Part shown: positions 1 to 14,400 of the stretch, piece after piece
Layout of the letters: each line of letters begins with the position of its first letter
Position numbering within the stretch: the first letter of the stretch is position 1
Assembly (NCBI GenBank): GCA_051362555.1
Contig: CM120641.1
Span: forward strand, 13,268,001-13,332,000
Source of the DNA: Lingula anatina
Lineage: Eukaryota; Animalia; Brachiopoda
Length of the DNA: 64,000 bases
Reading direction: 5' to 3'
Position numbers and translations under genes: made by a program
The notes under the pieces: generated by a model
What the model was told of the DNA's origin: nothing
What the model saw: only the letters and a program-made list of their open reading frames with translations
The model's database searches: none

Positions 1-7
1 ACCATAG

Positions 8-1019
8 CGTGCGTACTCCTCAAAGAGACCAAGGGGACATTTTTAAAGAGCAGGAAGAAGAAGAGACAGCTTTTACTGAAACGAGCCTTTTGGATGATTT
101 CGAATCAAATTCCTATGATGACACAGCGGCTTGCCCGTACTCTTACGTTACAAACCAAGACCGATTTTGCGAAGAATTTACCGTGCATAACGAGAAGACG
201 GGAGGAGAAAATGGAAATCCGAACAAAGCTGATCAGTGTATCACTTTGGACGAAATCTCTCATGTTTATTTAACTTTCAGAACCGTGAAACGAAAATCTT
301 TGATGCCAGGTACAGAAAAAGAAAATACAAGCCTGAATGTCATGGAACGTCCACGTGAAACTAGTCGTGTATCATTTAACCTGATGCCGATGGCCAACGC
401 AAGGGAAGGGACGTGTCCGCTGCAAAGTACCAACGGGCTGACGGCGCTTCTGAAGCCAGATTGTCACTGTAGTAGGAAGTTAACAGCAAGCATGGTGAGC
501 TCACAGTCGTCGAAGCGCACTGGTGAAATAGAGGAGTTTATTCTCGTGCAGCAGGAATCCAGTGGACAACACCCAAAAAAGACACAGGAGAAACCCGCCA
601 TTGCTCCCAAGCCGCGACAAAACGGAACCGCTGTGGTACCCGCAATCCGAGGCCAATTTGACGACGGTGAACGTGACGACGAAATTTACCAGAATATCTA
701 TTCACCAACCGTTCGGGCAGCCACATTACCTCCACGCCCGGCTCCAAGGCGTTCATTAGGGAAGAAGCGACTTACCGCACCTAGGAATAAGAGGCGAAAA
801 AGCCGGGACCTCCTTTCCAACGCGGTCCACCCGGATCCACCCAGCATGAACAAGGAAGGGTACCAGCTTCTCCGAGACCCTCCGCCCAAACGGCCACAAT
901 ATCGCTCCTACGCCGCACTCACTCTTAATGAGGAAACAGTACCCAAAACCGTTGAAGAGACGGAGGTGTATCAAAAGAGGAACATTTACGTCAAAAATAC
1001 GAGAGGTGAACGTAAATGA
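8..1019 (+). CDS. Terminal coding exon of an upstream gene; disordered cytoplasmic tail/adaptor region with Tyr and PxxP motifs
   Basis: Open frame of 336 codons to TGA at 1017-1019. Candidate acceptor (cat)AG at 6-7, so the GTG 'start' is probably not real. Motifs EIYQNI, GYQLL, SYAAL, EVYQKRNIYV, KPAIAPKP, PPRPAPR. Followed by AT-rich UTR-like sequence with AATAAA at 1256-1261 and 1415-1420. Confidence 0.7.
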
Positions 1020-2440
1020 CAATTTTTTCTAGTTATAAAATGCTTAAGATAATTTTTGTGTATTAAAGTCTTGACTTTGAAATAAGATTTTCCCCATCAA
1101 ATATATTTTGGAGCAAATGACCGGCTCCATGGGTAGGGGGATGGGAATTCCTTTGCTTTTCTGTCTCAGATTTAAAAGTACTAATGGGCGGATTACCTCA
1201 TTGATATGACACATGGAAAATACTGCACATAATAATAACTATAAACATTTTATTTAATAAATTGATCTGACTTAAAACAGACGATATATTTTCAGTGTAC
1301 ATAAATTGTGTGTTTTAATGGCTTAAAGTTTATTTTATGCTTGTTTATTTTTGAGATCTATGATATATAGTATATTGGAATAGTGTATATCATTACTCAG
1401 TGTGTATTTATTGCAATAAATATTTGGAAAGCGCAATAATTTGATTTCACATTACATTTTATTAAGACCATTTTAATAGCCCACATTAGATAAGCACCTC
1501 CCAGTTGTCTAGTGCACTTTCATCAGAAATCGAGTCGTGCAGGATGAGGAATAGACTGTAATAGTACGCGTCAATAACTGATACTCAAATACCACATTTT
1601 AAAATTTTGAAAATGTTTCCAGGCCTTTCCAGTCTTATTCTATGTCTAGACATCATACAGAACGACCCTAAAATCCCTCTAATAACAGCATTTGATGTCG
1701 ATCTGGAATGAAGAGGAAGACACGGTCAAGTGACTTGACAATCGTTTTATCTAAACTAGAAATGGAATAAAAGATAAAAGATAAAACACAAGTGCAAGGA
1801 TACTCTTTACTAGAGGCGAATGTCACTGTTGCAAAATCACTAAGCGTTTGAGGGGCCTCTGGCACATTGCAGGGACGGGTCTATCGATGCTTTTTCGTTA
1901 GGTCAAAAAAAAATTTTTCGAGGAAACCCCGGATAAGATACCCCTTGGACATAAAAAGGAATGTCCAAGGATACCCTAAAACATACTAATAAATAAAATA
2001 GCGTCGTGGTTGGACCAGCTAGAAAGTTATGAAGTTTCTATCTATTTGTCTAGTCATTCTCTCGACAATCTCTTTTCATTTATAATTTACTCGGAAGACT
2101 CGTATACAGTGCTGAGTAGGTGTTTACACATTCCATTCACCTGACATGCTTTTGCTGGTTCACGTAAAGGTCTTAATCAAACAATGATTTATTAACACAT
2201 TGAAATGTAAATTATATATTTCTAACAATCTTTTTAAAAACCACATCATTCAGACTTAACATCACAAGATACAAAAGAAGGCAGAAGTGTTAGGATAAGA
2301 CTTGGTAAAAACACACTCCAATATCTTCTGACTGATAAATCAATTTAGACCTGTTGGAAACCGCGCTCGGCCTGCTTAACGGCTGTGTTAAGGTGTTCTT
2401 TAAACTTTTACCTGTGTGTGTAGGCCTCCTACCTGTTCCG

Positions 2441-2621
2441 AAGATGGCGTCTTTTAGGTGCCTAATCTTGCTTGGATTGCTCATATTAGGTCCAGGAATG
2501 ATAGAATGCCAAAATAAGTTAAAGCAAAGGATTGAAAACGACCAGAGATTAAGAAGGGTAAGTCAAAAACTATCAACCACCTGTAAATAGCTGTGGAATG
2601 CAGGTGATTCAAGATGGCGGC
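2441..2621 (+). promoter_or_regulatory. CpG-containing 5' region of the fasciclin gene with two YY1-type AAGATGGCG motifs
   Basis: AAGATGGCG at 2441-2449 overlaps the ATG. CAAGATGGCGGC at 2610-2621 in intron 1 matches the YY1 consensus. Confidence 0.4.
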
Positions 2622-3811
2622 TTCATTGTGACTCACATCACTACTCACTTAGGCAGTGGATTCCACTGTCTTTTTTTTCTTTCTGTCTACAAATTCAGTG
2701 CATTATGGTGAAAAATAACGTTTCCACAGATATCGTTTCTTGATTTGATGACCAAAAGCTATCTAAAATATTAAATCGGTCATATTTTGGTTGTTTTAAT
2801 GGGAAGGTGCGATTGAGGTCACAGTTGGAAGCATCATATTAATTTAATTCTTCAGGCCAACTGATTGTTCTAATTTGTTACTTTCCAGAACACATCACAC
2901 TTTTCCATAGACAAAATTTTAAGGTAAAGAAGTGCTTTTTAAAGACAGTAAAAAAGTGATATTATTTACAACACATTTTATCTGCCACGAGGAGTAAAAA
3001 TGTTTCAGGTTGTCCATCATTTGCAACGTATGAGTTTGAACAATAATCTTTTCTTGCATAAAAAAGACAAGGTCACATTTACAATTCAATTCTACATGTT
3101 AAAGTACACATTCTGTCTGTTGATGAAATTGTAAAATAATTCCCCACATTGTTCATATCGGCATAATACCAAGTCTGTTCTCATCCACAGTTGTGTTATT
3201 TATCTAATTCAGATTCAAGCCTTGTGTACCTAGTGAGTAAGTGAAGAGTTTTATAGCAAATTCAGAACATGAACACCAGTTTTATAGCATCTTAAGTATA
3301 TGATGTCACAGATTGTAGGAGACTTGAGCTCACTGATCCTTGAATACCCTACACCCTGCATGAGGGGCACATTTATGGTCATTGATTTACATATGCATGT
3401 GGTAGTCAGGGCCATAAAATTGACCATATTACAAGTGGTCTGCAGATGTAAACAACAAGGAGATCTATCTATCATGGTCTTGCATATACATGCACCCCAG
3501 GTGATTTAAGGCATTTAAACTTATTTCCACATCTAACAAGTAGCATCTCTCTGGACAATGATGTTTCAGAAAAATGAGCTATAAAGCTCAAAGATTAGAA
3601 CCAGTGAAAAAGTAGGCTGGTAATTTATTAGCATAATTGGCATTTGTATTTAATCTTTTTTTCAATTATATTGATTTTTAAATTCAATAAATGTTTTGTT
3701 TTATATCTGTAATATGAATAGAAAGCTCTGTAGATTGTACGAGAATATGAATATAAATATTCATCTCCTCCATCCCAGTTAACCACAAACCTTCATACTC
3801 CCATTTACGCC

Positions 3812-3847
<36 letters not shown>

Positions 3848-6800
3848 TTTATTTCTTAAAAACCACACTACACTACCGTCTCAGTGCTGTTTACAAACAA
3901 AATTATCAGAATTACAAGTAGTTATATAAATAATAAAAGCAAAGGTGAATAAAACAATTAAAATGCATTTATCTCCTTCAATTATAACATTTTTCAGCCT
4001 GCAATTGATCTTAAAGCTGGCTACTTGACAGGGTTTCCACTACTTGTAAATACCTGGTATATCAATGCTTTAGACTGCTAAATGTGTTGTTTGATGTTCT
4101 TCACTTACTTGTTGTTAATTTCCAAACTTCTATACTTTTGCAGTTCAAGGAATTGCTGGAAACATCCAGGTCGCTACTTCTAGACAACTACCTGAATGGG
4201 GTGCCAGAACGGAAATACACCGTGTTTGCTCCAACAGATGCTGCATGGGACAAATTACCTGAAATAGTCCAAAATAACCTACGGGATGTCAATAATGCAG
4301 AAAGCTTGGATAAATTTCTGAGATATCATATAAGTGAGTAAATATTCATTTTTCACTTCTTTCATAAAATTTAGGTTTTAAAATAATCACTGGCTCTCTA
4401 CCCCCCTCTCCTACTAAACAGGTTGTCATCAGGCCCAGTAAAAGCTGAATCTTACCAATCCAAATGACTAAAAAAAATTTACAAAAGTGGTACATATTTC
4501 TTATTTTACAGAAATGGTTACAAAAAGTATATTATTTATATTGATAAAAAGAAACATATTGAAGCAGAGTCAATATTTTGCCTTTGAACATTTTTAGGTT
4601 AGTATATATAAAGATGGGCCAATAAGCACAGATATCAATTGCCCAAGTTGGCCTGTGTAAAAATATGTTTTACTAATGCTGAGGTTAACATTAAGGTACT
4701 TATACTCTGCTTGTACTTAATCTTCAGTAATTGCATAATTTTGATCATTTATTAAACATCACAATTCTGTATCCATTACTTCTCTTGAACAAAACCGTGT
4801 TTTCTCAATCATCACAAGGTGACACCCCTCTCATGATCATGGTCAGGCAATTATTGCGACCAGCAGATAATTTTGTCCAAGCCTAAAAACTATTAATAAG
4901 TTTATCTATGGCAAATTTCATGAATTTTTAGCTATAGTATTCTGTTGCTAATTTTTCTGCCCCCCCCCCCCAAAAAAAAGGTAAAAACATATTTTTGTTA
5001 GACCTTTGGATGAATATTACAAATAAGTATTTTAAAGACTGTTGCAAAGTCATTTTACATTAACATACTTACAAAATTTACCTTTTCAAATACTTGATAA
5101 AAACAGCATGTGCCTCTGATATTTTTCTTTCTGTGTGATACCAAGTCTTCAAAAGTGATGATACAACTATCTCTTTGTGGATCTTCAAAGCCCTCCTGGA
5201 ACAATTCAAAGTAAAAACAAAGTATATGGCCATCTTTTTTAGTAATGAATCATTTATCAGGTAATATTCTAACTTGTATTCTGCTAATTTGTATACACAC
5301 ATTTATACAGTGTATCTAAAATGATGAAATCTTTATTCAAAAGTCATATTAGAGCAAGAGTCATTAGAGCAGACTGACTTGGGAAGTATATTAAGTTCCA
5401 AAATAAAGTAAATTTTGTTGTTGAAAGTAATATGCATTCTAAGAGCACATTCAGAACAGTGGAATAACAGATCTACAGATCAAATATGGCTGACCAACTT
5501 GAATGCTTGTTGTGTTATCCCAATGGGGAATCTATTCAGTGTCTAATTGGGAATTAATCAGCAAGCATTTGAGTGGGTTGCCATATTTGACCTGCAGAAC
5601 TGTTAGTCTGTTGTTCTGAATATGCTCTTAGTATACGCAGTTACACTGATCCACTTGAAACTGATTAACTCTTTTTTTTACATATTAGTAAAAGAAGCTA
5701 AAATCCACACAACTGAGATGGCAAACTTAAGGTATAAGGAGACAATGGAGAGCAACAAAGCAAAAGTTTTCTTCAACATGGTTCAATCAAATGGAAATGT
5801 GAGTAAATTATCTGTATGACATATCATTTTATGTAGTAAACATTATATTACTTTTTAATATAAAAAAGATTAAAAAAGTCATTCAATTTATTTAAGAATG
5901 AGAAAATGTTAATTTGTTAAGTCTTTAATTGACAAATTTTGATTTGCTTAGGACAGACCTATAATAACATTACATAAAAAAAGGGTTTCCACAGTTGAAA
6001 ATTGAATATTTTATTGAAACCAAACATCTACTTGATGTTACCAAGAAATTTATAAATTTGGGTGTTTATGCGGAAAATTTATCTTATTTGATTAATTAAT
6101 TTACTTCTTTTCTTCTTTTTTAAAACCCCATTTAGCAACAAGGTGGATATTTTGTGAATCAAGCTAAAATTATCCAGCCAAATACAGATGCAGAAAATGG
6201 CTACCTTCACATCATCGATGAATATCTTTTTCCCATGGGTAGCACAAAATCCATGTCTGGGTACATTTCCCAACCGGAGTCACAAGAAGTCATTAATATG
6301 GGAGTACTGTGAGTGACATTTCTGAGTTCCAGGTTCAAGTTCAATTATATATGTATTTAATTATTTATTTCAAAAAGCACTTACAAATACAGAAGAATGA
6401 ATACACAAATATATATACAACATACTTCATCATCGGTAATGCATGGAAACTTGGGTTACACCAAAATTGTTTTTGTAAAGTAACACTCTCAACTTCCTTT
6501 AAGTTAGTATTAAGTTGTTGTATTCATAAACCCTGCATCATATATTTAGAATAGATAGATTTGTATATAGATATTACTGAGCATGGTAAGAAAAAATAAC
6601 AATATTGACATTACATAGTAAAGAATGTAAGTTATGTAGGGAAAGCATGGCATTTTACTCTTTTGAGAAAAATGTGCTTTTGATTTGGAAGAAGTGTGCA
6701 GTTTCATGTTTTTTGACATTATTCTTGTGTTTTCAAAACCAGAAAATTCCAAGAGATGATGAATGCCCTTCCAACCAGGGGGCCAGGGGGTCTCAGGGAC

Positions 6801-8397
6801 CAACTGACTGACCTGGAGCAATTGACAGTCTTTGTACCCACCAATGAAGCCCTCAGCACAATTCCAACAGCCAAATGGGATGAACTCATGGCAGATACAA
6901 CCAAACTAGAACAAGTAAGTCATACGTTTGGCTCATAAACATATATAGAAATCATACCAAATAGATAATGGTTAGGATTTATTAAAAAATGACAATAATA
7001 GAAAAGGGGCTTGAAACCAGTGCATTAGTTTTTTTGAGTGGTAAAAGAAGAAAATGTGGCCACCAGTGGAAAAAGCAGCTGCATAGAAGGGCAGCATGTC
7101 CCACAATACTTGCACAATATATTTTGTTAAACTTCAGAAATAATATGCTATTTGAATACACAAGTGAATTGATACTGTTTTAGGTTGTTGCATCCCATGT
7201 TATTCCAAATAAAGTCTACTTCAGCAGCATAGTGGACAGTATGGGAGATGATGGAGTCCAAGCTGTAGAGGGAAGAATTGTGGGGCGCACTATAGCAAAT
7301 GATGGTAATTATGACATTGAATCTCGTCTGATTAAATAAATTCTGTTATCGTAGTGGGGTTTTTTTCTGTTTGACCTAAGTTTAATTATGCAGCTTCTGC
7401 TAGATCTTAATATTTTTAAAATTCTATTTCTAATTTCAGAATTATTAAGGTTCATTTGTCTTTTAAGAATGTTGAGAATCTGTTAAAAAATGTAAACTTT
7501 ACTACAGTCAAATGTAATCAAACTATATGACCATAATAAGTGTACTTGAAATCTTGATTTATAAAAAAATATTTTATATTTATAGAAAAAATTGTTTTGT
7601 ATTGTTTTAGTTACATCCGCAAAGGAGGATATGTTTTCACCCCTGTTTGTTTGTTTGTCTGTCATAAACATAACTCGAAAAGTTATGGACCGATTTTGAT
7701 GAAATTTTCAGGAATTGTCAGAAGTGGGCCAAGGAACAGATGATTAGTTTTTGGTGGTGATCCGGATCAATAATCAATCAATAATCAATAATAATAAAAA
7801 AATTGCTGCCTTGGCGGAGGTCTGCGCTCTCGGAGTGCTTTTCTAGTTACTAATATTTTCTTATTATTTTCAGTGTTTATCAAGAGTAATAATATTGGTG
7901 GCCGTGTGGTCCTGCCAGATATCACAGTAGATAATGGGGTTTTCCATATGGTTGACCACATTCTAAACTTCACATACTTTAACATATACGCTCATATCAG
8001 TCAGGAACGTAAACTCCAGTAAGTTGTGTTTTTTTATCCTCCATAAACATAATTCACTGTTGTGATATGTCAGTTTTTCCAGAAGTTTGGGAATTTTACT
8101 GTAATGAGTTTATTCTCTAGGGAAGAGGAATTTTATAGGTATATAAAAAAATAATTCCACCCAGTTAGCCAAGCCCAGTTCTATCAGAAATTTTCTGAGA
8201 AAGGCTCCCTACATGTTTATAAAGCATGCATTGTTGGGATGAATGTGGTTGTTGTGCATTCTCAGCAGGACACATTTGCATTTCGACCAAGCAGTTAAAA
8301 GAAGTTTAGTATGTCATAAGATTTGAGCTTTAGAAAACTGTGGACAAACATGGGTATATTCAAATAGATTGTACATGTGTGAATTGGGAAAATAAAT

Positions 8398-8462
<65 letters not shown>

Positions 8463-11400
8463 GATACATGCCATGACAAAGTAGTGAAGTAATTTTAAGG
8501 TAATAACACTTTCAATTCACACCCTCAGGCAGTTGGCCCAAGCAGTGATCAGCCTCCCAGGAGGTGGTCAGTCTGGAACAGGTGTCCAGGCATTATTGGA
8601 GAGAGAGGGTGAGGAACTGACCTTGTTTGCACCAGTGGACTCTGCTTTCCAGTTGGTTGATACAGCTGTTAACCTCAAGGCCAATGTCACTCTTCTGGAC
8701 ATTGTAAGTCTTTGGTGGTTATTATTGATATTTAGAGATTGGAATTCATGATGATGAAATGAAAAAATTGTTCTGTTTCTACACTATAAATGAAAGTGTA
8801 CCTTTGATAGCTTTTGTCCCACACTTGGGATTTCATCAGTTATATACTAGTTACAACACAAGTCATCCACTGTATGTGACATACAAATGCATAATTATGT
8901 TGAGTCAAAATGTAATTTGCTCTTATATGTCACATACAGTGGACCACAAGTAGTTGTAGTTGTAACTGACTTATACCGTGGCTGGCGCTTCAAACAATAG
9001 GATGAACACACCAAAGCATACGAAAATATACTAGGCAATCTTTAAGCCAAATACAAGTGCAATTGTTCTTTTGTTTGAAGCACCAGCTGTGGTATAAACT
9101 AAAGTAACAGTTTATTGAGAACTGTTCACTACATGTATAACACAATCCCAGATGTGAGACAAGTTGGGCCTACCCCATCAAAATATTGGAATTGTTTTTG
9201 TCAATGAATTAATGGTGAAATTACACACTTTTAGTAAAAGTTATTGTTTAAAATATTTATTTGTACGTTTTTTTGTATCTTTGTAGTAATTTCATTTTTT
9301 CACCTGAGATTTCCTAACAGTTTTAAACCAAATGCCATTTAGTCTTGTTTATAGTCAGTCTTATATCTGTGCATACTAGACTAGTGTACGTAGGAGTGTA
9401 GTGCTTATGAAAAACAATAAATTGTAAAAGTAACAAGTAATTTCCAGTTTGGTCAGCCAGCCTTTACTACATTTTAAGTTTTTAACACAACAACACTTTT
9501 ACAGGGCAACTTATTCCCGATATTGTATATTTTATTTTATATTTATTGGCTGAATAATTCAATATCTTAGAGTAAATTATCTCTCCTTGTTGGTGAAGTT
9601 TAGTGTGCGTGCCTATCCCTAGATTTTGTATAGTGGTTACATTGCAATGATAAAAACAATTGTTTTTGTGCACTGTACTTGTATAAAACTGGTATTATTG
9701 TTTAATTCTTTTCAGATTCTAAAATTGCACATTGTTAGACAACAGGTGGCCTTTAAGGATCTGACAAATACTACAGTATTGAATTCTGTGAATTCAAAGA
9801 AATTGCGGTTCGTCAAAGGCAACAATGGTAAGTCATACAGTTTAAACTCAATGGTCCACTTTTCCATTGACCTATCACTCTTTAAAAAGCTCATTAGTCT
9901 GGTAGTTATACATGGATTGTTAAATTAATCATTCCACAGACAGTTTACAACTCAGCTTTAGAACATCAGCACATGACCATTTTGTCCTGAGGAAGGCTCT
10001 TGAGTAGAGTCGAAAATTAGATGGTATGAAAATATTGAGCCAAAAACTGTCTGTTAAATGATTAATTTTATAATCCATTGACCTATCACTGTTATGATAA
10101 GGTCTAGCATGAGTACAGCTTAATTAAGTCTTTTTGTCATAGACAGGTTTTATAAACATGTTATTAAAAAAAGCAGTTTAAATGAAAATGTCCAGTGCCA
10201 GCCAGAAGTTTATAGGTGTAAGGAACAGGCATAGGGAATAGGGCAAACATCAGCATAAGACGAATTGTGCCCTGATCGAAGTGGAGCCCAGATTTAATTG
10301 CTGTGCCTCTGCAGGGGTAGTTGTGTGGGAGGCAGAAAGTCAATAGGGGACTATGCAGCATTGCTTTCAGTTGGTGTGTGGATCAATTTGTTTTGATTGC
10401 ACCCTAAGAATAATATCTATCAAAAAAAATGAAGTCTTGGAAATCTCAACACTTTTTTCACTTCTTAAGGTACCAAATTACACCATATCCCAAACCATTG
10501 TCAACATTATAATCTGTATACATATTATAAGTTTTGGGGCATTCTCTTCATAGAGAGGAAGATGGGTGAATTTCACTCATAGTGGTAATAATAGAAATTA
10601 GAATTTCAAAACAGGTTCTAAAAGTTTTCTGAGTGCATGGGATATGCAGTGAATGTTTGGATAAAAGTTTGAAGGGCAATGATTACTTTTTGGGAAAATG
10701 GCCATAAGTCATCATTTTATTAAGATTGAATGGCATTTAGTTTCTCTGCTCAATTATCTGTATGTGTATTAATTATTCTTTGCAAGATAATACTGGATTT
10801 CTAAATTCAGACAAGTCAAGAGCTACATTCAGTGATTTTCGAATAGATGGAGGGTGTAGTGTCAGCATATTCTGAGATGACATTCAGTATTATTTATTTT
10901 AAATGCTGGTTGGATCATATTGTATATTCACTAAATGTATCAATTCTTAATTGTAGGGACAAGTTTTGTGAGTTATTCTGCTTGTCATGTCTTTATTTGT
11001 GATATATTTATCTTTTCCTCTAACTGGTTCATTTTAATATGAGATGGTGAAATCATTCAGTTTTTGACATGTATGATTCCACCATTTAATGGTGTAAATG
11101 ATGCAATATTTATATGTAGAGTTGCTTTTAGTTATTTGATAAATGCTTAAAAAAGATCAGCTGCACTGAGCGCCACCTGCATGGTGAGAGCAAATAACAG
11201 TAGCTAAAGGTAATGTAATGTCACTCACATATAATATTGTGACATCCATAACAGGGTCAGACGGATGAAATCTTCTGGAAGATGGTCAGTTTTCATTGAG
11301 GGGCATCCAATTTTCTCTGTTGGAAGATGGTCAAAAATGGAGAATGGATTAACAAAGAAAATTTGGAAGACTGTCAGAAAATATCTCTGGACCTGCCCCT

Positions 11401-14400
11401 GTATATCATGCACAGCTTTATACATTATGTAAAAAATGTTGCTGCTGTTTTGTGTGTGAATAGTCATAATAAGACCCTCTAAAACAGGTGAAAAACCCCA
11501 CAGGTATGATTTGTATCAGTATTGTAAAATGGCTATAGACTGTGTCCTTGGGAACTGTGGCATTTCTATTGTCCCCAATGACAAACTATTTCACGCTGCC
11601 TGCAGGAAAGCAGATATATGTCAGATGAGGAGATATATATGTGTGTGTGTGTGTGTTTGGAGATAGTAGTTTTCCTTGTCTGTCACCATAGGAGACACTG
11701 AAGTCTGAGATATGCATATTATTTTCAAGGGTTGTCAGGAACATATTGGGGAAGCATTGTAAACAAGTTTTGGGTGTCTTTATTGAACTTTAAAAAAATA
11801 ATAAACTGAAGACATAACAATATGAATGACCATTCAGCCAATGTGGTAAGCTATAGCCCCTTGTTGTGTTACAAAAATGTAAATAGCTTGCCCAGTACAG
11901 TGTAGTAAAAAAGATTAGCTCTTTTTGTGACAACATGGCTGTCACTGAACTAAATTGATAAGTGTCAGAATAAAATGATATATGAGTCTTAAGTGCAAAC
12001 AATAGTATGATGTTTCATACATGTGCTTTAATACAGACTGAAAAGGGGCATTCCATATGTGAACTTTATTCAGGATAATCATTCAAGAATAATAGTCAGT
12101 ATCATTGACTACACCCAAAATCCAAACATGATATGGAATTTTATGGAATCAGTGTAGTCCATGACCAGGGTAAAGGAGAAAAATAAAGAGAAAAATTGGT
12201 CCATCTATCTTTTAATAAACCACCCAAAAATGATATGTTCAACATGTTTTGTGTCTTTAAAAGTTAATCATAATGAGATATGTTTGAGATTTTAGGTTAA
12301 AATATGTAGAAGATTAATTTTAAATAGATAAAAAACATTATAATTCAACATGCCATTTCTTAAGACAATTTGTGATATTCAATAAAAATGACATAATGAT
12401 CATTTGCTTGGTTAGCTATTGGTGCATTCCTGCAAGCATCAATGCTTTCATTCTTATAATGAGAGAACCCTAAGTAATACAAAAATATCCTTACACCAAT
12501 AGATCCCTGTCAGCAATTTATTACAAAGTTCAGGGGGGGGGGGCATACAGTTAACCATATGAATATAAATTGATCAGGGTATATCCCAAAGCTTTATCCT
12601 TTTTGCAAGAACATTGAGTCCTGATTCTGGGTCTTTTGCTGTGCTGATATATTGGCATGGCCCAAACTTCCACACATTCCATGGATTGGGATAAATAAGA
12701 GTAACCACGCAAATCTTATTCCCATTCAACTACAAACTATTACTGAGATTGTTTTTAATCTATCTGTTTATCTTATTTCGCAACCTATCTCAGGAACATC
12801 TTGTCAGTTTTTAAAATTATCATAATTTTTCCAGGCACCTTTGTCATTGGAGAGCGCATCAAGGCAAAAATCATTGAACCTGATGTGGGTGTCACCAATG
12901 GTATCATTCATTACATAGACAATGTCATGGGGATTGCTACTAAAAATCTGAAACAAGAACTAGATAGTAATGATGCTCTTGGGTAGGTACACTGCTATTT
13001 GTGCAAAATTAGGACAAAATCTTTTTTTTTCAAAGAATATATTGCCTCTTCTTAAATTGAGCAATCTTTTAAGAATAAATCTCCTAAATTGTAAATAGGC
13101 AAAGGGGCAAATTACTGGTGTAAAAATGTTTAAGGAAATAATCTGATCTTCAACTAATTCATAAATCAAAAACGGTATTTAAAACAGTTTGTCATATTAT
13201 TTGCAAAATTTGCACTTTTCCAACTGAAATTAATTTACCATGACTAATAATTTCAAATTGATTTCAAATTCTATTATTTTGATAAAATTAAAATCATTTT
13301 AAAACTTTAAAGTCATAATGTTTGTTACAGAAACTGTCTTTAAGTTAATCAAATATCAAATTTCATGTTTTTTGTTTTTAAGTTTCCTATTTATGTAATT
13401 ATTTTTTTAGGTATATGAACTCTGTCCTTATCACAGCTCAAACTCACACAGACTTACTCACAGATTTAAGTGAACGGACCAGTAAATACACTATGTTTGT
13501 ACCAAGTAATATAGCCTGGGAAACACTGTACAACCAAGGCACAGGAAAAAGTCTTATTGACAAAATAAACTATAGACAAAACCTAGTTTGGGTAAGTTCA
13601 ACTTTGACTCTTTCTCTCTCTCTCTCTCTGCTCAGAAACTTAAGCTATACTTTTTTATTTCTGAAAGTTAAAGGGATAACAACTGTTCATTTTGGCCAAA
13701 AAATGAATTTTCCTGGGGTAAATGACAATTTTCCCACACTTTAAGGCCACACTTTTTTAATTTTATGGATGACATCCTGCGCGCGCACCGATTTTCGTCC
13801 GTTCTCCAAAAAAAAAAAAAAAAAAAAAATCCCCCCCCCCCCCCCCCCCCCAAGGAAGTCGGTTGTCGCAAATGTCGTTATTGAATTTGCCGGAAAATGC
13901 AATCGGCAATCCTCGGCTAATTCCGCAAGCTCCATGCTGTCATTGTCGACTGCGGAGACATCCGAGTAGTTCCGAGTGCGGAAAATGAGCTTTCTGCGCA
14001 TGCGTATTATCACCACATGGAAATATGGCCGCTTTGCCGTCAAATTCATCTCTAGCATTAATTTTAAAATACACGACAATTAAAGTCATAAAGAGAACGG
14101 GGGCCGTCGTTTTGGATTGGTTTGCCATTGATATTGGACATGGAGATATCACCTTTATACAATTATACGAAAGGCTGGCCGCGGCCAGCGATCATCGCCC
14201 GGAAAATTTCAGTGACATTCTGTCCAAAGCAGCACATAGGCTTACCAGGGGTTTTTTTTGTAGGGAAAAAAAGGGTCGACAAGAGCGTCGTGGTATTTGG
14301 TGGACTGAAGGTCGGACAGGCCACCCGATAGTTGGCTGCTACGTGTGAGTCGAAGTAGACAAAATGGCATCGACCGAAATTACCTTTTTTAGATTTGGTA

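Noticed and set aside
2354-2443. Upstream TTG start extending the fasciclin N-terminus
   Set aside because: The ATG at 2444 has strong context and directly begins a signal peptide.
11168-11186. GCGCCACCTGCATGG as a CTCF site
   Set aside because: Spacing departs from the consensus, and a single weak match is not supportable.
8019-12834. Microexons like those of Drosophila Fas1
   Set aside because: The flanking exons already join in phase, and microexons cannot be identified without RNA data.
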